NCBI GenBank assembly: GCA_021797815.1
Contig: JAJZYZ010000006.1
Location: 9,695-73,694 of the forward strand
DNA: 64,000 bases
Direction: 5' to 3'
Origin: Bacillota bacterium
GTDB taxonomy: Bacteria; Bacillota; Sulfobacillia; Sulfobacillales; JAIMBI01
Each line of letters opens with the position of its first letter. Within the stretch, counting starts at the first letter, position 1. The notes beneath the pieces were generated by a model. The model made no database searches and was not told where the DNA came from. It saw only the letters and a list, made by a program, of their open reading frames with translations. The position numbers and the translations under genes are program-made. Shown here one piece after another: positions 1 through 9,163 of this stretch.

Positions 1-2
1 CC

Positions 3-1955
3 GGAATGGCGAAGGATGTGCGCCATCTCCTCCATCTCCACCATAAACGTGCTCTGGCCGCGCGCCAGATCGTCGTCCGCGCCCACGCGGGCGAAAATCC
101 CGTCCAGGAGGGGCTGCTCCCAGTCGTCCGCGGCCACGAACCCTCCCATCTGCGCCATCCATGCGTTCAACGCCACGGCGCGCATGAATGTGGACTTGCC
201 TCCCATGTTGGGCCCGGTGATGAGGGCGGAGCGGACGGGATCGGCCAGCGTCAGATCACTCGGGACATAGCTTTGCACGGCATGTTCCACCACCGGATGC
301 CGGAGTCCTCGGATCTGGAATCCGGCCTCGCCAAATCGGGGCCGGGTCCAGGCGTTCCGGGCGGCCACCTCGGCGAGGGCCTGCACCGCATCCAGGACGG
401 CGAGAAGCTCGGCGAGGCGGAACAGGGCGGGGATGTGCGCGGGCAGAGCGTCGCGCACGGCGACCGCCAAATCCTGCTCCAAGCGCAGCACCTCCACCGA
501 CGCCTCCTCGAGCGACGCCGCCCGCTCCTCCAACCGCGGAAGCGTGAAGCGGGCGGACCCGACGAGGGTCTGCTTCTGGCGCCAGTCCTGTGGCACGCGT
601 TCGAGCTGGGTGCGGGGAATTTCCACAAACAGGCCGAACGTTCGATGCTGGCCGACTTTCAGCGTTCTGATCCCAGTCTCTTCCCGAAGGTCCGCCTCAA
701 GCGCCGCCAGCGCGCCGCGGCGGTCGCTCACCAGCGCCCGCCGCCAGTCGAGGGTGTCCGAGACGCCCTCGGCGATGAGGGGTCCCTCGTCCCATGAGGT
801 GCCGGCGTCGGGATGGATGCGGGCGAGAAGACTCCAGGCCTCGTCAAGCGCCGGGAGAGGATGCGGCAGGAGTCGGGCGTCCTCGCCCACAATCTCCGCC
901 AGGGCGCGGGCCGCCCGACCCGCCAGCGCCAGCCGCGTGAGGTCGCGGGGCTCGCCCACCCCCAGCAGCATGCGGGCAAGGCGCCTTTCCGGATCGCCCA
1001 CCCCCTGCAGAAGCTGACGGATCCGGGCCCGCCGCGGCAGGTCCTCTCTCCACGCCGCCACCAGATCGCCCCGCCCGGCAATCACCGATGCGTCCCGTTC
1101 CGGGCGCAGGGTCCACTCCCGGAGCCGGCGAAATCCTCCGGGAGTTTTGGTTTCGGTCAGGATCTGCAGGAGATCCGGACCGAGCGCCACCGTCACGCCC
1201 AGCTGACGGCGGGTGCGCTCCGTGGTGAAGAACACACCCTCGGGTGTGAGCCTCCGATATTCGAGAAGTTCCGGACGCACACTCCTCTGCGTCGCCTCCA
1301 GGTAGCGGAGTGCTCCGAGAAGCGCCCGCTGCGCCAGCGGTTCCTCCTCGATGGCGAGCGTGCGAAGCCCGGCCGCGATCCGGCGCGCGAGCGGGCGTCC
1401 GGGGTCCCGACCGGCAAACAGGTCGGGGCGCACCATAAGCGGCGCCTCGACGCCGTCCGCGGACCGCTCCCCCAGCACTTCGGCCGGACGCAGGCGCTCC
1501 CACTCTCTCCGGAGACGCTCTCCGGCGTCCCGGCCCCGGTACTCCAGCACATCGACACGGCCGCTCGCCGCCTGCACGACCGCCAGGCCAAACGCGTCCT
1601 GCCGCTCCACCACCGCCGCCAGCGGTCCCACCTCCCCGTCGTCCGGCACAAACGTCCCGGGGGTGACACGCCGGATGATGCCTCGCTGAACGAGGCCGCG
1701 GGCGGCCCGCGGGTCCTCCAGCTGCTCTGCCACGGCCACCGAGAACCCCGCCTGCAAGGCTCGGCCGAGGTACGTGTCCAGTGCGTGGTAGGGCACGCCG
1801 CACATGGGAGTGGTCCCGTCGCGGGTCGTCAGCTGAACATCCAAGATGGGGGCCGCGGCTTCGGCGTCGCGGCCAAAGAGCTCGTAGAAATCTCCCAGGC
1901 GGAAGAACAGCCAGGCGTTGCCGGCTTCCTCCTTCAGGGTTTCCCACTGCTGCAT
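3..1955 (-). CDS. mutS: DNA mismatch repair protein MutS, N-terminal ~650 codons; 3' end lies beyond the window start
   Basis: Absent from the ORF track because there is no stop inside the window. Hand translation of the minus strand from ATG 1955 gives MQQWETLKEEAGNAWLFFRLGDFYELFGRDAE...PMCGVPYHALD (MutS domain I). It runs open to ...LITGPNMGGKSTFMRAV...GQSTFMVEMEE (Walker A / ABC ATPase) at the window edge. Confidence 0.9.
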   Translation of the reverse strand, partial: MQQWETLKEEAGNAWLFFRLGDFYELFGRDAEAAAPILDVQLTTRDGTTPMCGVPYHALDTYLGRALQAGFSVAVAEQLEDPRAARGLVQRGIIRRVTPGTFVPDDGEVGPLAAVVERQDAFGLAVVQAASGRVDVLEYRGRDAGERLRREWERLRPAEVLGERSADGVEAPLMVRPDLFAGRDPGRPLARRIAAGLRTLAIEEEPLAQRALLGALRYLEATQRSVRPELLEYRRLTPEGVFFTTERTRRQLGVTVALGPDLLQILTETKTPGGFRRLREWTLRPERDASVIAGRGDLVAAWREDLPRRARIRQLLQGVGDPERRLARMLLGVGEPRDLTRLALAGRAARALAEIVGEDARLLPHPLPALDEAWSLLARIHPDAGTSWDEGPLIAEGVSDTLDWRRALVSDRRGALAALEADLREETGIRTLKVGQHRTFGLFVEIPRTQLERVPQDWRQKQTLVGSARFTLPRLEERAASLEEASVEVLRLEQDLAVAVRDALPAHIPALFRLAELLAVLDAVQALAEVAARNAWTRPRFGEAGFQIRGLRHPVVEHAVQSYVPSDLTLADPVRSALITGPNMGGKSTFMRAVALNAWMAQMGGFVAADDWEQPLLDGIFARVGADDDLARGQSTFMVEMEEMAHILRHS

Positions 1956-1971
1956 GAGGGGTGTTGGTGTC

Positions 1972-2763
1972 TCAGCCAAGGGGCCATCTCCCCGCGCGAC
2001 CGAGAGAGGCGGCCATCCACAGGCCCCAGCGGAGGTCGCGGGGGGTCGCGGCCACCTCTTTTACGCCAAGCCTGTCCATGGCCCATAGCATGGTGGCGAG
2101 ACCGCCGGCCAAAAGCGGCCGTCGATCAGCCTCGACCCGATCGATGCCGGTCCAGGAAGACGGCGGGTGGGCGGCGTGCGCGGCCAGAACGTCATGGGTG
2201 AGGGGGTTTCCAAAAAGCGTGGCGAGGGCACGGGCGGTGCCGCCCATGGCGACCGGTTCACCCGCCCCGCCCACCACTGCCTCCAGGACGTCTCGGGGCC
2301 CGGGAGGCCGTTCGGCACCGACGGGAACGCTCACCGAGCCCCAGGCACCGGCGAACTCCGTGCTGCCGCCGCCCACGTCCACCACGGTGATGGGAGCGGT
2401 CCTCCAGGGCTGCTCGCTCCACCAGGAGGCCGCTCCCTCCTCCGCGCCAGACAGCACCCACACGGGATATCCGGCCCGCTTGGCTTCGCTCGAGAGTTCT
2501 GGCTGCCGCCGTCCCACCTCGCCAAACGCCACCAGGCCCGCGCGGGGAGAAAGACTTTGGAGCTCCCGATGGATGGCGCGGAGGCTTTCACGCAGGGCGG
2601 CCGGCCCCTCCCGGTGCCGGATGAGGTGACGGATCTGCGCGTCTTCATAGAGGGGCTCGGTGAGGGTGGACGCCGCCAGCACGCTGATGCTGGTGGATCC
2701 CACCTTGACCACGGCCAGTGGCCCGCGGCGTCCTTCGCTTGCACGATTCATGATTGTGCTCAA
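1972..2763 (-). CDS. Ppx/GppA-family (ASKHA fold) phosphatase-like protein
   Basis: 263-aa ORF with phosphate-binding motifs LAVVKVGSTSISV and ITVVDVGGGSTEF typical of Ppx/GppA. It is shorter than canonical Ppx, so the activity is uncertain. It ends 16 nt upstream of the mutS start on the same strand. Confidence 0.55.
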   Translation of the reverse strand: MSTIMNRASEGRRGPLAVVKVGSTSISVLAASTLTEPLYEDAQIRHLIRHREGPAALRESLRAIHRELQSLSPRAGLVAFGEVGRRQPELSSEAKRAGYPVWVLSGAEEGAASWWSEQPWRTAPITVVDVGGGSTEFAGAWGSVSVPVGAERPPGPRDVLEAVVGGAGEPVAMGGTARALATLFGNPLTHDVLAAHAAHPPSSWTGIDRVEADRRPLLAGGLATMLWAMDRLGVKEVAATPRDLRWGLWMAASLGRAGRWPLG

Positions 2764-2840
2764 TTATACCGGAGCGGCGGAGGGGTCTCGAGAACCTCAT
2801 GTCGAATACCGGAGGCGAGAAACCCGTGGGGAGGCCTTTT

Positions 2841-4049
2841 ATGCGTGGTGCGCCCGGAGCCGTGCTCGTGGTGCTCCTCGTTCCTCTCCTGCTGATCGTA
2901 TGGCTCGGCTGGACGGCGTCGCCGGTCCGCGCCGCCGGGCCCCCGCCCCCGCCCGCCCTGTCGGCGGAGGCGGCCGTCCTGATTGACGGCACGACCGGCC
3001 AGATCCTTTATGAGAAGAATCCCCTCAAGTCGCTTTATCCGGCGTCCATCACCAAGATCATGACGGCCTATCTGGCGGTTGTCTCTCCGGCGTGGCACCG
3101 GTCTCTGACCGTGTCGGAAGAGGCGGCCCTGCAGCCGGGCTCCAGCAACTATCTGCTGCCGGGACAGCACCTCTCCGTCGCGGCCGTGACCCAGGCCATG
3201 ATGCTGACGTCGGGGAACGACTCCGCCTGGGCCCTGTCCCAGGCGGTATCGGGGAGCGAACGAGCTTTTGTGCAGCTCATGAACCGGACCGCTGCGGCCT
3301 GGGGCGCTCCCGGCATTCACTTCGACAATCCGACCGGGCTCCCCGATTCCCGCCATGTGGTCACCGCGCTGGGGATGGCCGTGATTGCCCAGCATGCGAT
3401 GGAGAACCCCGTCTTCCGTCGCCTGGTAGACACCCGGCAGGCCTCACTCCCGCCAGATCCCGCCCCCCGCATCTACTACAGCCAGAACCAGCTTCTCTAC
3501 AGTTTTCCGGGGGCCAACGGCGTCAAGCTTGGCTACACGGTGGACGCCGGAGAAACCCTGGTCGCGTCGGCCTCCCGGCATGGGACCTTCCTAATTGCCG
3601 TGCTGCTGCATGACAACCCCTACGCGTTATGGGGCGACGGGGCGAGCCTCCTTAACTGGGGATTCTCCCACTTCCACCCAGTGACGGCCATCGCCCGCGG
3701 GCGGATCCTTACCGTGGTGCGCCGCCATGGGGCGCGCATCCCCCTGGCCGCCCAAAAGAGCGTCACCCTGCTGGCCGCCGACGGAACCGCGCGCGCCTAC
3801 GGGACGGTCAAGCTTCATTTTCGCGTCACCGCGCCGCCTTCCGGACATCGGGGGGAGGTGGTCGGGATGCTCACGCTGAGCGATGGACAAGAGCGGCCGC
3901 TCGCGCAGCGCACGCTGATAGCGGCCCGGGCCTGGGTGGATCCGCCCCCCGCCATACCGGTGATCTGGACCCCGCTTTGGCCCATCCTTGCGGGTCTGAC
4001 CGTCGTCGGGTATCTATGGGGGATGAAGGAGAAGCGGCATGCCGCTTGA
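2841..4049 (+). CDS. D-alanyl-D-alanine carboxypeptidase (serine-type, PBP5/S11 family)
   Basis: Motifs SITK (SxxK), TSGNDSA (SxN) and KLGYT (KTG-like), with an N-terminal hydrophobic signal/anchor and a C-terminal hydrophobic anchor. The ORF opens at 2754. Start chosen at ATG 2841, preceded by GGGGAGG plus a 6-nt spacer. Confidence 0.85.
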   Translation: MRGAPGAVLVVLLVPLLLIVWLGWTASPVRAAGPPPPPALSAEAAVLIDGTTGQILYEKNPLKSLYPASITKIMTAYLAVVSPAWHRSLTVSEEAALQPGSSNYLLPGQHLSVAAVTQAMMLTSGNDSAWALSQAVSGSERAFVQLMNRTAAAWGAPGIHFDNPTGLPDSRHVVTALGMAVIAQHAMENPVFRRLVDTRQASLPPDPAPRIYYSQNQLLYSFPGANGVKLGYTVDAGETLVASASRHGTFLIAVLLHDNPYALWGDGASLLNWGFSHFHPVTAIARGRILTVVRRHGARIPLAAQKSVTLLAADGTARAYGTVKLHFRVTAPPSGHRGEVVGMLTLSDGQERPLAQRTLIAARAWVDPPPAIPVIWTPLWPILAGLTVVGYLWGMKEKRHAA

Positions 4050-4677
4050 GATGTCTTTGAGCGTGGTCGCCGTGGCGGCGGCAGACGGACTGCGCTTAGA
4101 CGCGCCGCCCGCCTCGGATCTCCTTGTCCTCAGCGTGCCGTCCCTGCCGCCCCTGCCCGAGCTGGCCATCTTCACCGCGCGCATGAACCGCCCCGTCATC
4201 GTGGGCACCAGCGGCCCGGAGACGCGAGCGGTAGTGCTGGACCGGTGGGGACGCGTGGCCGCGGCAGCGCCCTCGTCCGCCAGAGATGACCGTCTCGTGG
4301 TCCACCGTCTGGGCGGGCGGCTTGTGGGCCTCATGAGCGGGTCTGACCGCCACGTGCCCGAAAAGGCCCGCGCTATGGCGCTGATGGGGGTTGATCTGGT
4401 GCTGGGGTTCGGCCGCGACCCGAAGCCGTACGGTCCTCTGTGGGCCTACACGCAGCAAAATCAGTTTCTGGCCCTGGAGGTGAGCGGTGAGCCCGCGCTG
4501 TACCTGGCGTGCGAGATGTCGACAGATGGCAGCGGTGCGCAGCCGCTCGAGATTCGCGGCGGGTGGGCCGTGGTCGAGCTGCCCTGGGAACGCCGGACCC
4601 GACTCCTCGAGGCCGGGTCGGTCCTGCGCGACCTCAACCCTGAGGCTTACCTCATTCAACCGTGGTGGGACGGCTGA
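4039..4677 (+). CDS. nitrilase-superfamily-like protein with substituted catalytic residues (probable pseudoenzyme)
   Basis: 212-aa ORF with AAGGAG-N7-ATG inside the end of the preceding gene. The layout resembles CN-hydrolases, but the Glu position reads LLVLSVPSL (not FPE) and the Cys position reads GLMSGSD. Its stop overlaps the next start (TGATG at 4675-4679). Confidence 0.5.
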   Translation: MPLEMSLSVVAVAAADGLRLDAPPASDLLVLSVPSLPPLPELAIFTARMNRPVIVGTSGPETRAVVLDRWGRVAAAAPSSARDDRLVVHRLGGRLVGLMSGSDRHVPEKARAMALMGVDLVLGFGRDPKPYGPLWAYTQQNQFLALEVSGEPALYLACEMSTDGSGAQPLEIRGGWAVVELPWERRTRLLEAGSVLRDLNPEAYLIQPWWDG

Positions 4678-5711
4678 TGGACAGGACCGCGGTGGAGATT
4701 GCCCTCGGCCGGGTGGTCCTGGCAGGCCTCGTGGCCCGCGGCCGGACGCGCGTTCATGTTGGCTCCGCGACGGCGCCGGCGCCCATGGGCTGGAACCGGC
4801 GGCAGCTGGTGGCGGCGGCGGTCCAGTGGGACATGCGGCCGGTAGGCGGTCTCCCCGAGTTCACGGACCGGCTCACGGCGGTGATGGATGCGGCCCACCA
4901 CGTGGGGGCCGCGCTCATGGTATTTCCGGAAGATGTGGGCCTGTGCCTCCTCGGCCTAGTGACGCGCTACGGCGGCCCGCGATCGGCGGAGTCGCTCTCC
5001 GCTTCGGATGCATCTCGCTACCTGTCGGCGTGGGCTCCCCTGGTGGCCCCCCTGTATGAGGAGTGCTTCCGATGGGCGGCGCGGAACTATGGCATGGTGG
5101 TCGTGGCGGGTTCCAGCGTCTATCGCCGCCGCAGCGGCGTCTTCAACCAGGCAGTGGTGTTTGGTCCGGACGGACGCCTCGTGCTGCGTCAGCCCAAGCT
5201 TCATCCGATGCCGCTCGAACGGAGCTGGGGCGTGCGGCCGGGAAGCCGCCTCGATCGGCCCGGCGGCCTTGCCATGCCGCTTGGTATCGCCGTCTGCCAC
5301 GACGCAAGCTTCTTTGAGACCTACCGGATGGCCGGCGCTCAGGGTGCCGAGGTGATGGCCATCCCATCGGCCGACCCGGATCCGGACTGGAGTGAGGCCA
5401 AGGCCCGGCGGGGCGCCTGGGCGCGCAGCCAGGAGACGGGGATGGCGTCGGTGGTGGCAGCCGGCACTGGTGAGCTTTACGGGGTCCCCTTCACGGGCAA
5501 GGCCGGCCTCTATATTCCCCGTGAGCTTTCGGCTGACGGGTCCGGCGTCGTGGCGGAGAGCCGCGAGGCGCACGGCGAGGGCATCGTCGCCGGTGTCTTG
5601 GATCTGGAAACGCTGGCACGCTTCCGCCAGGAGGCGCGGCCCGCTCCCGCGCCAGAGCTCCTTCGGGCATGGCTTTTGCCCCGCTACCGCTCGCTCACGA
5701 CCCTCACCTGA
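4677..5711 (+). CDS. carbon-nitrogen hydrolase (nitrilase superfamily)
   Basis: E-K-C triad contexts LMVFPEDVG, RQPKLHP and GIAVCHDASF. The track ORF starts at GTG 4662. ATG 4677 is preferred because it is coupled to the upstream stop. Confidence 0.75.
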   Translation: MDRTAVEIALGRVVLAGLVARGRTRVHVGSATAPAPMGWNRRQLVAAAVQWDMRPVGGLPEFTDRLTAVMDAAHHVGAALMVFPEDVGLCLLGLVTRYGGPRSAESLSASDASRYLSAWAPLVAPLYEECFRWAARNYGMVVVAGSSVYRRRSGVFNQAVVFGPDGRLVLRQPKLHPMPLERSWGVRPGSRLDRPGGLAMPLGIAVCHDASFFETYRMAGAQGAEVMAIPSADPDPDWSEAKARRGAWARSQETGMASVVAAGTGELYGVPFTGKAGLYIPRELSADGSGVVAESREAHGEGIVAGVLDLETLARFRQEARPAPAPELLRAWLLPRYRSLTTLT

Positions 5712-5757
5712 CACGACATCTGCGGGACACCCGTAACGAAAGGCGGAGAACGTTTTC

Positions 5758-6339
5758 ATGCATCTTCTCACCGCACTTGCCAACAGCATTGTCGGCCTCG
5801 GGGTTATCGGGGTTCTGGTCGGGATGTTTCTCGAGAGTGCCGCCATCCCCATTCCCTCTGAAATCATCCTGCCTTACGCCGGATATCTGGTGGCCATCGG
5901 CCGCACCGGCTGGGTGGAGGCGGGCGTGGCCGCCATGCTGGGTGGCCTCCTCGGGGCCATCGCGTCGTATGCGGTCGCCTATTTCGGCGGCCGGGCCCTC
6001 TTCTCCCCGCTTATACGCCGCCATGAGCTGGACCGCGCGGAAGCGTGGTTTCAGCGCTATGGGGACCGGGCCGTCTTTTTCGGACGTCTGGTGCCGGGCG
6101 TGCGCACCTACATTTCGCTGCCGGCGGGCCTGACCGCCATGCCCTTCGGCCGCTTCGTGCTCTACAGCATCCTGGGCGCGCTGCCGTGGACCGTGGTCTT
6201 TATGGTTCTCGGGTTTCAGGGCGGCCGGCATTGGACCCGGGCCGTGCATTTCGAGCACTGGGTGGTCCTCGTGGGGGTCGTGATTGTGGTGGGATGGGCG
6301 CTGTGGTTCTGGCGGCATCGCCGGAGCCGCAGGGCCTGA
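5758..6339 (+). CDS. dedA: DedA-family inner membrane protein
   Basis: 193 aa with several hydrophobic helices and the DedA/SNARE-associated signature FFGRLVPGVRTYISLPAG. Confidence 0.85.
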   Translation: MHLLTALANSIVGLGVIGVLVGMFLESAAIPIPSEIILPYAGYLVAIGRTGWVEAGVAAMLGGLLGAIASYAVAYFGGRALFSPLIRRHELDRAEAWFQRYGDRAVFFGRLVPGVRTYISLPAGLTAMPFGRFVLYSILGALPWTVVFMVLGFQGGRHWTRAVHFEHWVVLVGVVIVVGWALWFWRHRRSRRA

Positions 6340-6713
6340 GCGTCGCCTGGCGGCGTCCGCGCCTGTCCCGGAAGGACCCCGTCGCCGTCTTGGAGCCAAA
6401 GGGGCTTCCCGCCGGTCCGGAACGAGCGTCCGAGGGCCGGCGGGACGGCCGCGTAGACAAAGCCGGCTCGATGGGAATGGCGGCCCGCAAGCGCACGCGG
6501 CACCCTGGGCGCCGCATCACGTCCCACCCGACTCTCCGGTGCGCCTGTCGGCGGTCCGCTCGGTTTCGGGAGGACGCGGGCGCGAAGCCGCGGCGGCTTC
6601 GGCCGGCCATCCGGCGTACAAGACGCTGCGCGCTGGAGCGCGGAGCGTCTCCAGGTAACGACCCGGCGCCATGGCGTGCCCGCTCCTGAAGGACGAAACC
6701 GGGTCCCCGGGAA

Positions 6714-7688
6714 CTACTCCGATCCGGCCGGCCACGCCTCGTGCAGGAAGTCGAGGTAGTTCTGCCCGGCCAGGCGGGCGATGGTGTCGTCAGACAGCCC
6801 GCGCTGGCTCAGGTGGTCCAAGAGCGCCGGGAGCCGGGTCACGTCCTCAAGTCCGGCCACGTACTCCTCCACTCCGTCAAAGTCAGACCCGAGGCCGAGA
6901 TGGCGGTCGTTTCCCACCACCTCCAGGTGGTGAAATACGTGGTCTCCGACCCGCGCCAGGTCTTTTGCCCCCCCAAGAAAGTCGGTCACGAAGGCGAGCC
7001 CCTGCACGCCACCCTTTTCTGCCAGCGCGCGCACCTGCGCGTCCGACAGGTTCCGACGGTGGTCGCAGAGCGCGCGGCAGTTGCTGTGCGACGCGATGGG
7101 AGCCGCCTCCGCCACCTCCATGATGTCCCAAAAGCCCTGTTCGGCAATGTGGGACACATCAAGCACCATGCCCATCCGGTTCATGGCCTGGACCATGGTG
7201 CGGCCCGCGCGGGAGAGTCCCCCGCCGCCCGGGTCTTCCCCGGCGCCGTCCGCCAGGTCATTGCGCTGATTCCAGGTAAACGACAAGAGTCTCACGCCAA
7301 GCCGCCACAGCGTGCGCAGCCGGAATTCGTCGGTGGCAAGGGCCTCCGCACCTTCCACCGAGATAGCGCCGCCCACCCCGCCGGGTGTCGTGAGCAGGCG
7401 CTCGAGGCTCGCGCGGCCGGTCACCGCGACGGCCTCCGGATCCTGCCCGACCTCCTCCCAGAAGGTGTCGATGTACTGCAGCAGGCGGGACAGCGAGCGT
7501 TCCGGCTTGTAGTCGGGCTCCACAAAACAGGAAAAGAACTGGAGGGTGTGACCTGCCTCCCGCATGCGAGGCAGATCCAGCTGTCCCTTCTCGGCACGCT
7601 CGGTCACACGACGCTCTCCGCGTACGGTGGCGCCGAGGCTGTCGGCGTGGGTATCTACGGTGTGAAGGGTCCGTCCATGCCACTGCAT
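6714..7688 (-). CDS. membrane dipeptidase (peptidase family M19)
   Basis: Metal-ligand motifs HTVDTHADS, VLDVSH, ASHSNCRALCDHRRNLSD and LGSDFDG. Confidence 0.85.
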   Translation of the reverse strand: MQWHGRTLHTVDTHADSLGATVRGERRVTERAEKGQLDLPRMREAGHTLQFFSCFVEPDYKPERSLSRLLQYIDTFWEEVGQDPEAVAVTGRASLERLLTTPGGVGGAISVEGAEALATDEFRLRTLWRLGVRLLSFTWNQRNDLADGAGEDPGGGGLSRAGRTMVQAMNRMGMVLDVSHIAEQGFWDIMEVAEAAPIASHSNCRALCDHRRNLSDAQVRALAEKGGVQGLAFVTDFLGGAKDLARVGDHVFHHLEVVGNDRHLGLGSDFDGVEEYVAGLEDVTRLPALLDHLSQRGLSDDTIARLAGQNYLDFLHEAWPAGSE

Positions 7689-7701
7689 ATCGGCGGTCGC
7701 C

Positions 7702-8478
7702 TCAGCTTTCTCGGATGAATAGACGTTCCAGTTCGGTGGTGCGGCCGCCCTCTATGGTCACCACAAGCCCACACAACTGAGCGGGACCGTTCGCAGTCTC
7801 GAATCGGACGGGCATCTGGCGGCGCAACTTTTCCAAGACCAGTTCCGTGCGCACGCCCAGGACCGAATTATATGGTCCCGTCATGCCCAGATCGGTGAGA
7901 AAGCCGGTGCCGCGCGGCAGGATCCGCTCGTCGGCTGTCTGAACGTGCGTGTGCGTACCGACGACCACGCTCACCCGGCCGTCCAGATACCAGCCGAGGG
8001 CCATCTTCTCCGAGGTGGTCTCCGCGTGCATGTCCACGAGCAGGGCGTCTACCGGCTCGAGACGGGCGAGGGCATCGTCGACAGCCTGGAAGGGGTCGTC
8101 GTACTGGCTCGGCATGAAGCTCCGGCCGGACACGTTCAGCACCGCGACCCGCTGGCCGCCACGCGCTGTCCGCACCGTCACGCCGCGTCCCGGCACGCCC
8201 GCCGGGTAATTGAGGGGACGCAGAACCTGCTCGCTGTCGTCGATGAAGTCGAGCACCTCGCGCTTGTCGAAGATGTGATTGCCGGAGGTGAGGACGTCGA
8301 TGCCGTCGTCCCACAACTGGTCCGCGACTTCGTGGGTAAGGCCGTTGCCGCCGGCGGCGTTTTCACCGTTGGCGACCGTGAAGTCAATGTCGTACTGTCC
8401 AATCAGGTCCGGGAGGCGCTCGTGCACGATCCGCCGGCCGGGCCGTCCCACCACGTCGCCTATCAGGAGCACCCGCAT
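7702..8478 (-). CDS. ymdB: YmdB-type metallophosphoesterase (2',3'-cyclic-nucleotide 2'-phosphodiesterase)
   Basis: MRVLLIGDVVGRPGRR, TSGNHIFD and VVGTHTHVQTADERIL. The first 81 codons of track ORF 7702..8721 overlap the upstream gene and look non-coding. Start taken at ATG 8478. Confidence 0.85.
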   Translation of the reverse strand: MRVLLIGDVVGRPGRRIVHERLPDLIGQYDIDFTVANGENAAGGNGLTHEVADQLWDDGIDVLTSGNHIFDKREVLDFIDDSEQVLRPLNYPAGVPGRGVTVRTARGGQRVAVLNVSGRSFMPSQYDDPFQAVDDALARLEPVDALLVDMHAETTSEKMALGWYLDGRVSVVVGTHTHVQTADERILPRGTGFLTDLGMTGPYNSVLGVRTELVLEKLRRQMPVRFETANGPAQLCGLVVTIEGGRTTELERLFIRES

Positions 8479-8488
8479 CGACGACTCC

Positions 8489-9010
8489 TCAGCTGTTGAA
8501 CACCAGCACGCGGCCCTCTTCACGCAGCGCGAAGAGTCGACCGCCGGGACTGTCCCGGAGGCTTTCGAGGGTGGCTTGAATATTCTCTTCCTGGGCCAAA
8601 AGCTCTTCTTCCACCAGATCCGCGGGGTCCGACACCAGATCCCCGCCCGTCTCCTCACGCAGGATCTCGATGGTGAGTCCGACTTCCTCCACGGTGAGCG
8701 ACTCCACGTCGCGGGTGACAATCAGGTTGGAGACCGAATCCATGACGTCCACGGAAAGCGACGCCATGCGGGGCGGCGCCTGGTGCAGGCAGTCTCGGTA
8801 CATGCCGAGACCTTCGGCCCAGGCGGCCTGAATGTGGGCGAACGCGTCGGGCGCAATCGCACTGCGGCACGACACGGTCAGCGTCAGGACACCTTCAGCG
8901 GCCTGGTAGTCGAGGCTCGATACCTCCGGGTACCGCACCAACACGGCAATCAGTGCACCAACCCCGCGCGGGCTGGTGCCCCAACCGTTGGGACTACGGA
9001 ACTGCCCCAT
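8489..9010 (-). CDS. hypothetical acidic protein (173 aa), no recognisable family
   Basis: ORF with AAAGGGG-N6-ATG, reasonable amino-acid composition, and a stop 10 nt before ymdB. It occupies the slot where RNase Y sits in B. subtilis. Confidence 0.5.
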   Translation of the reverse strand: MGQFRSPNGWGTSPRGVGALIAVLVRYPEVSSLDYQAAEGVLTLTVSCRSAIAPDAFAHIQAAWAEGLGMYRDCLHQAPPRMASLSVDVMDSVSNLIVTRDVESLTVEEVGLTIEILREETGGDLVSDPADLVEEELLAQEENIQATLESLRDSPGGRLFALREEGRVLVFNS

Positions 9011-9163
9011 GTCAAACCCCTTTCTTGGAGCCGTACCACCACCGTACCAGGAGGCTCACAGAAGAGGAGGCGTCGTTTCAGGCGTCTCCCCTGTGAACGT
9101 TATGGGTGAGGTCCGCTGGGACCCGGCCTAACTGGCCGTCTTGCGTCAGCCATGCCATGTCGT

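Noticed and set aside
813-2201. Long ORFs antisense or out of frame to recognisable genes. Examples: 813..2201 plus, 844..1947 minus, 14000..15760 plus, 33155..35122 plus, 36480..38759 plus, 57704..59359 plus, 21340..22212 plus, 62886..63749 minus.
   Set aside because: All are Arg/Pro/Gly/Ala-rich low-complexity translations lying over genes with clear family motifs in another frame or strand. They are typical shadow ORFs of very GC-rich DNA.
7702-8721. Over-long N-terminal extensions in the track. Examples: ymdB to 8721, MFS to 15673, qmoA to 27850, sat to 31490, rpsO to 45394, rseP to 61570, dxr to 62550, GT2 to 58602, nusA to 52839.
   Set aside because: The extensions overlap the upstream gene, lack family similarity, and have internal starts with good GGAGG-type SD sites at the point where conservation begins.
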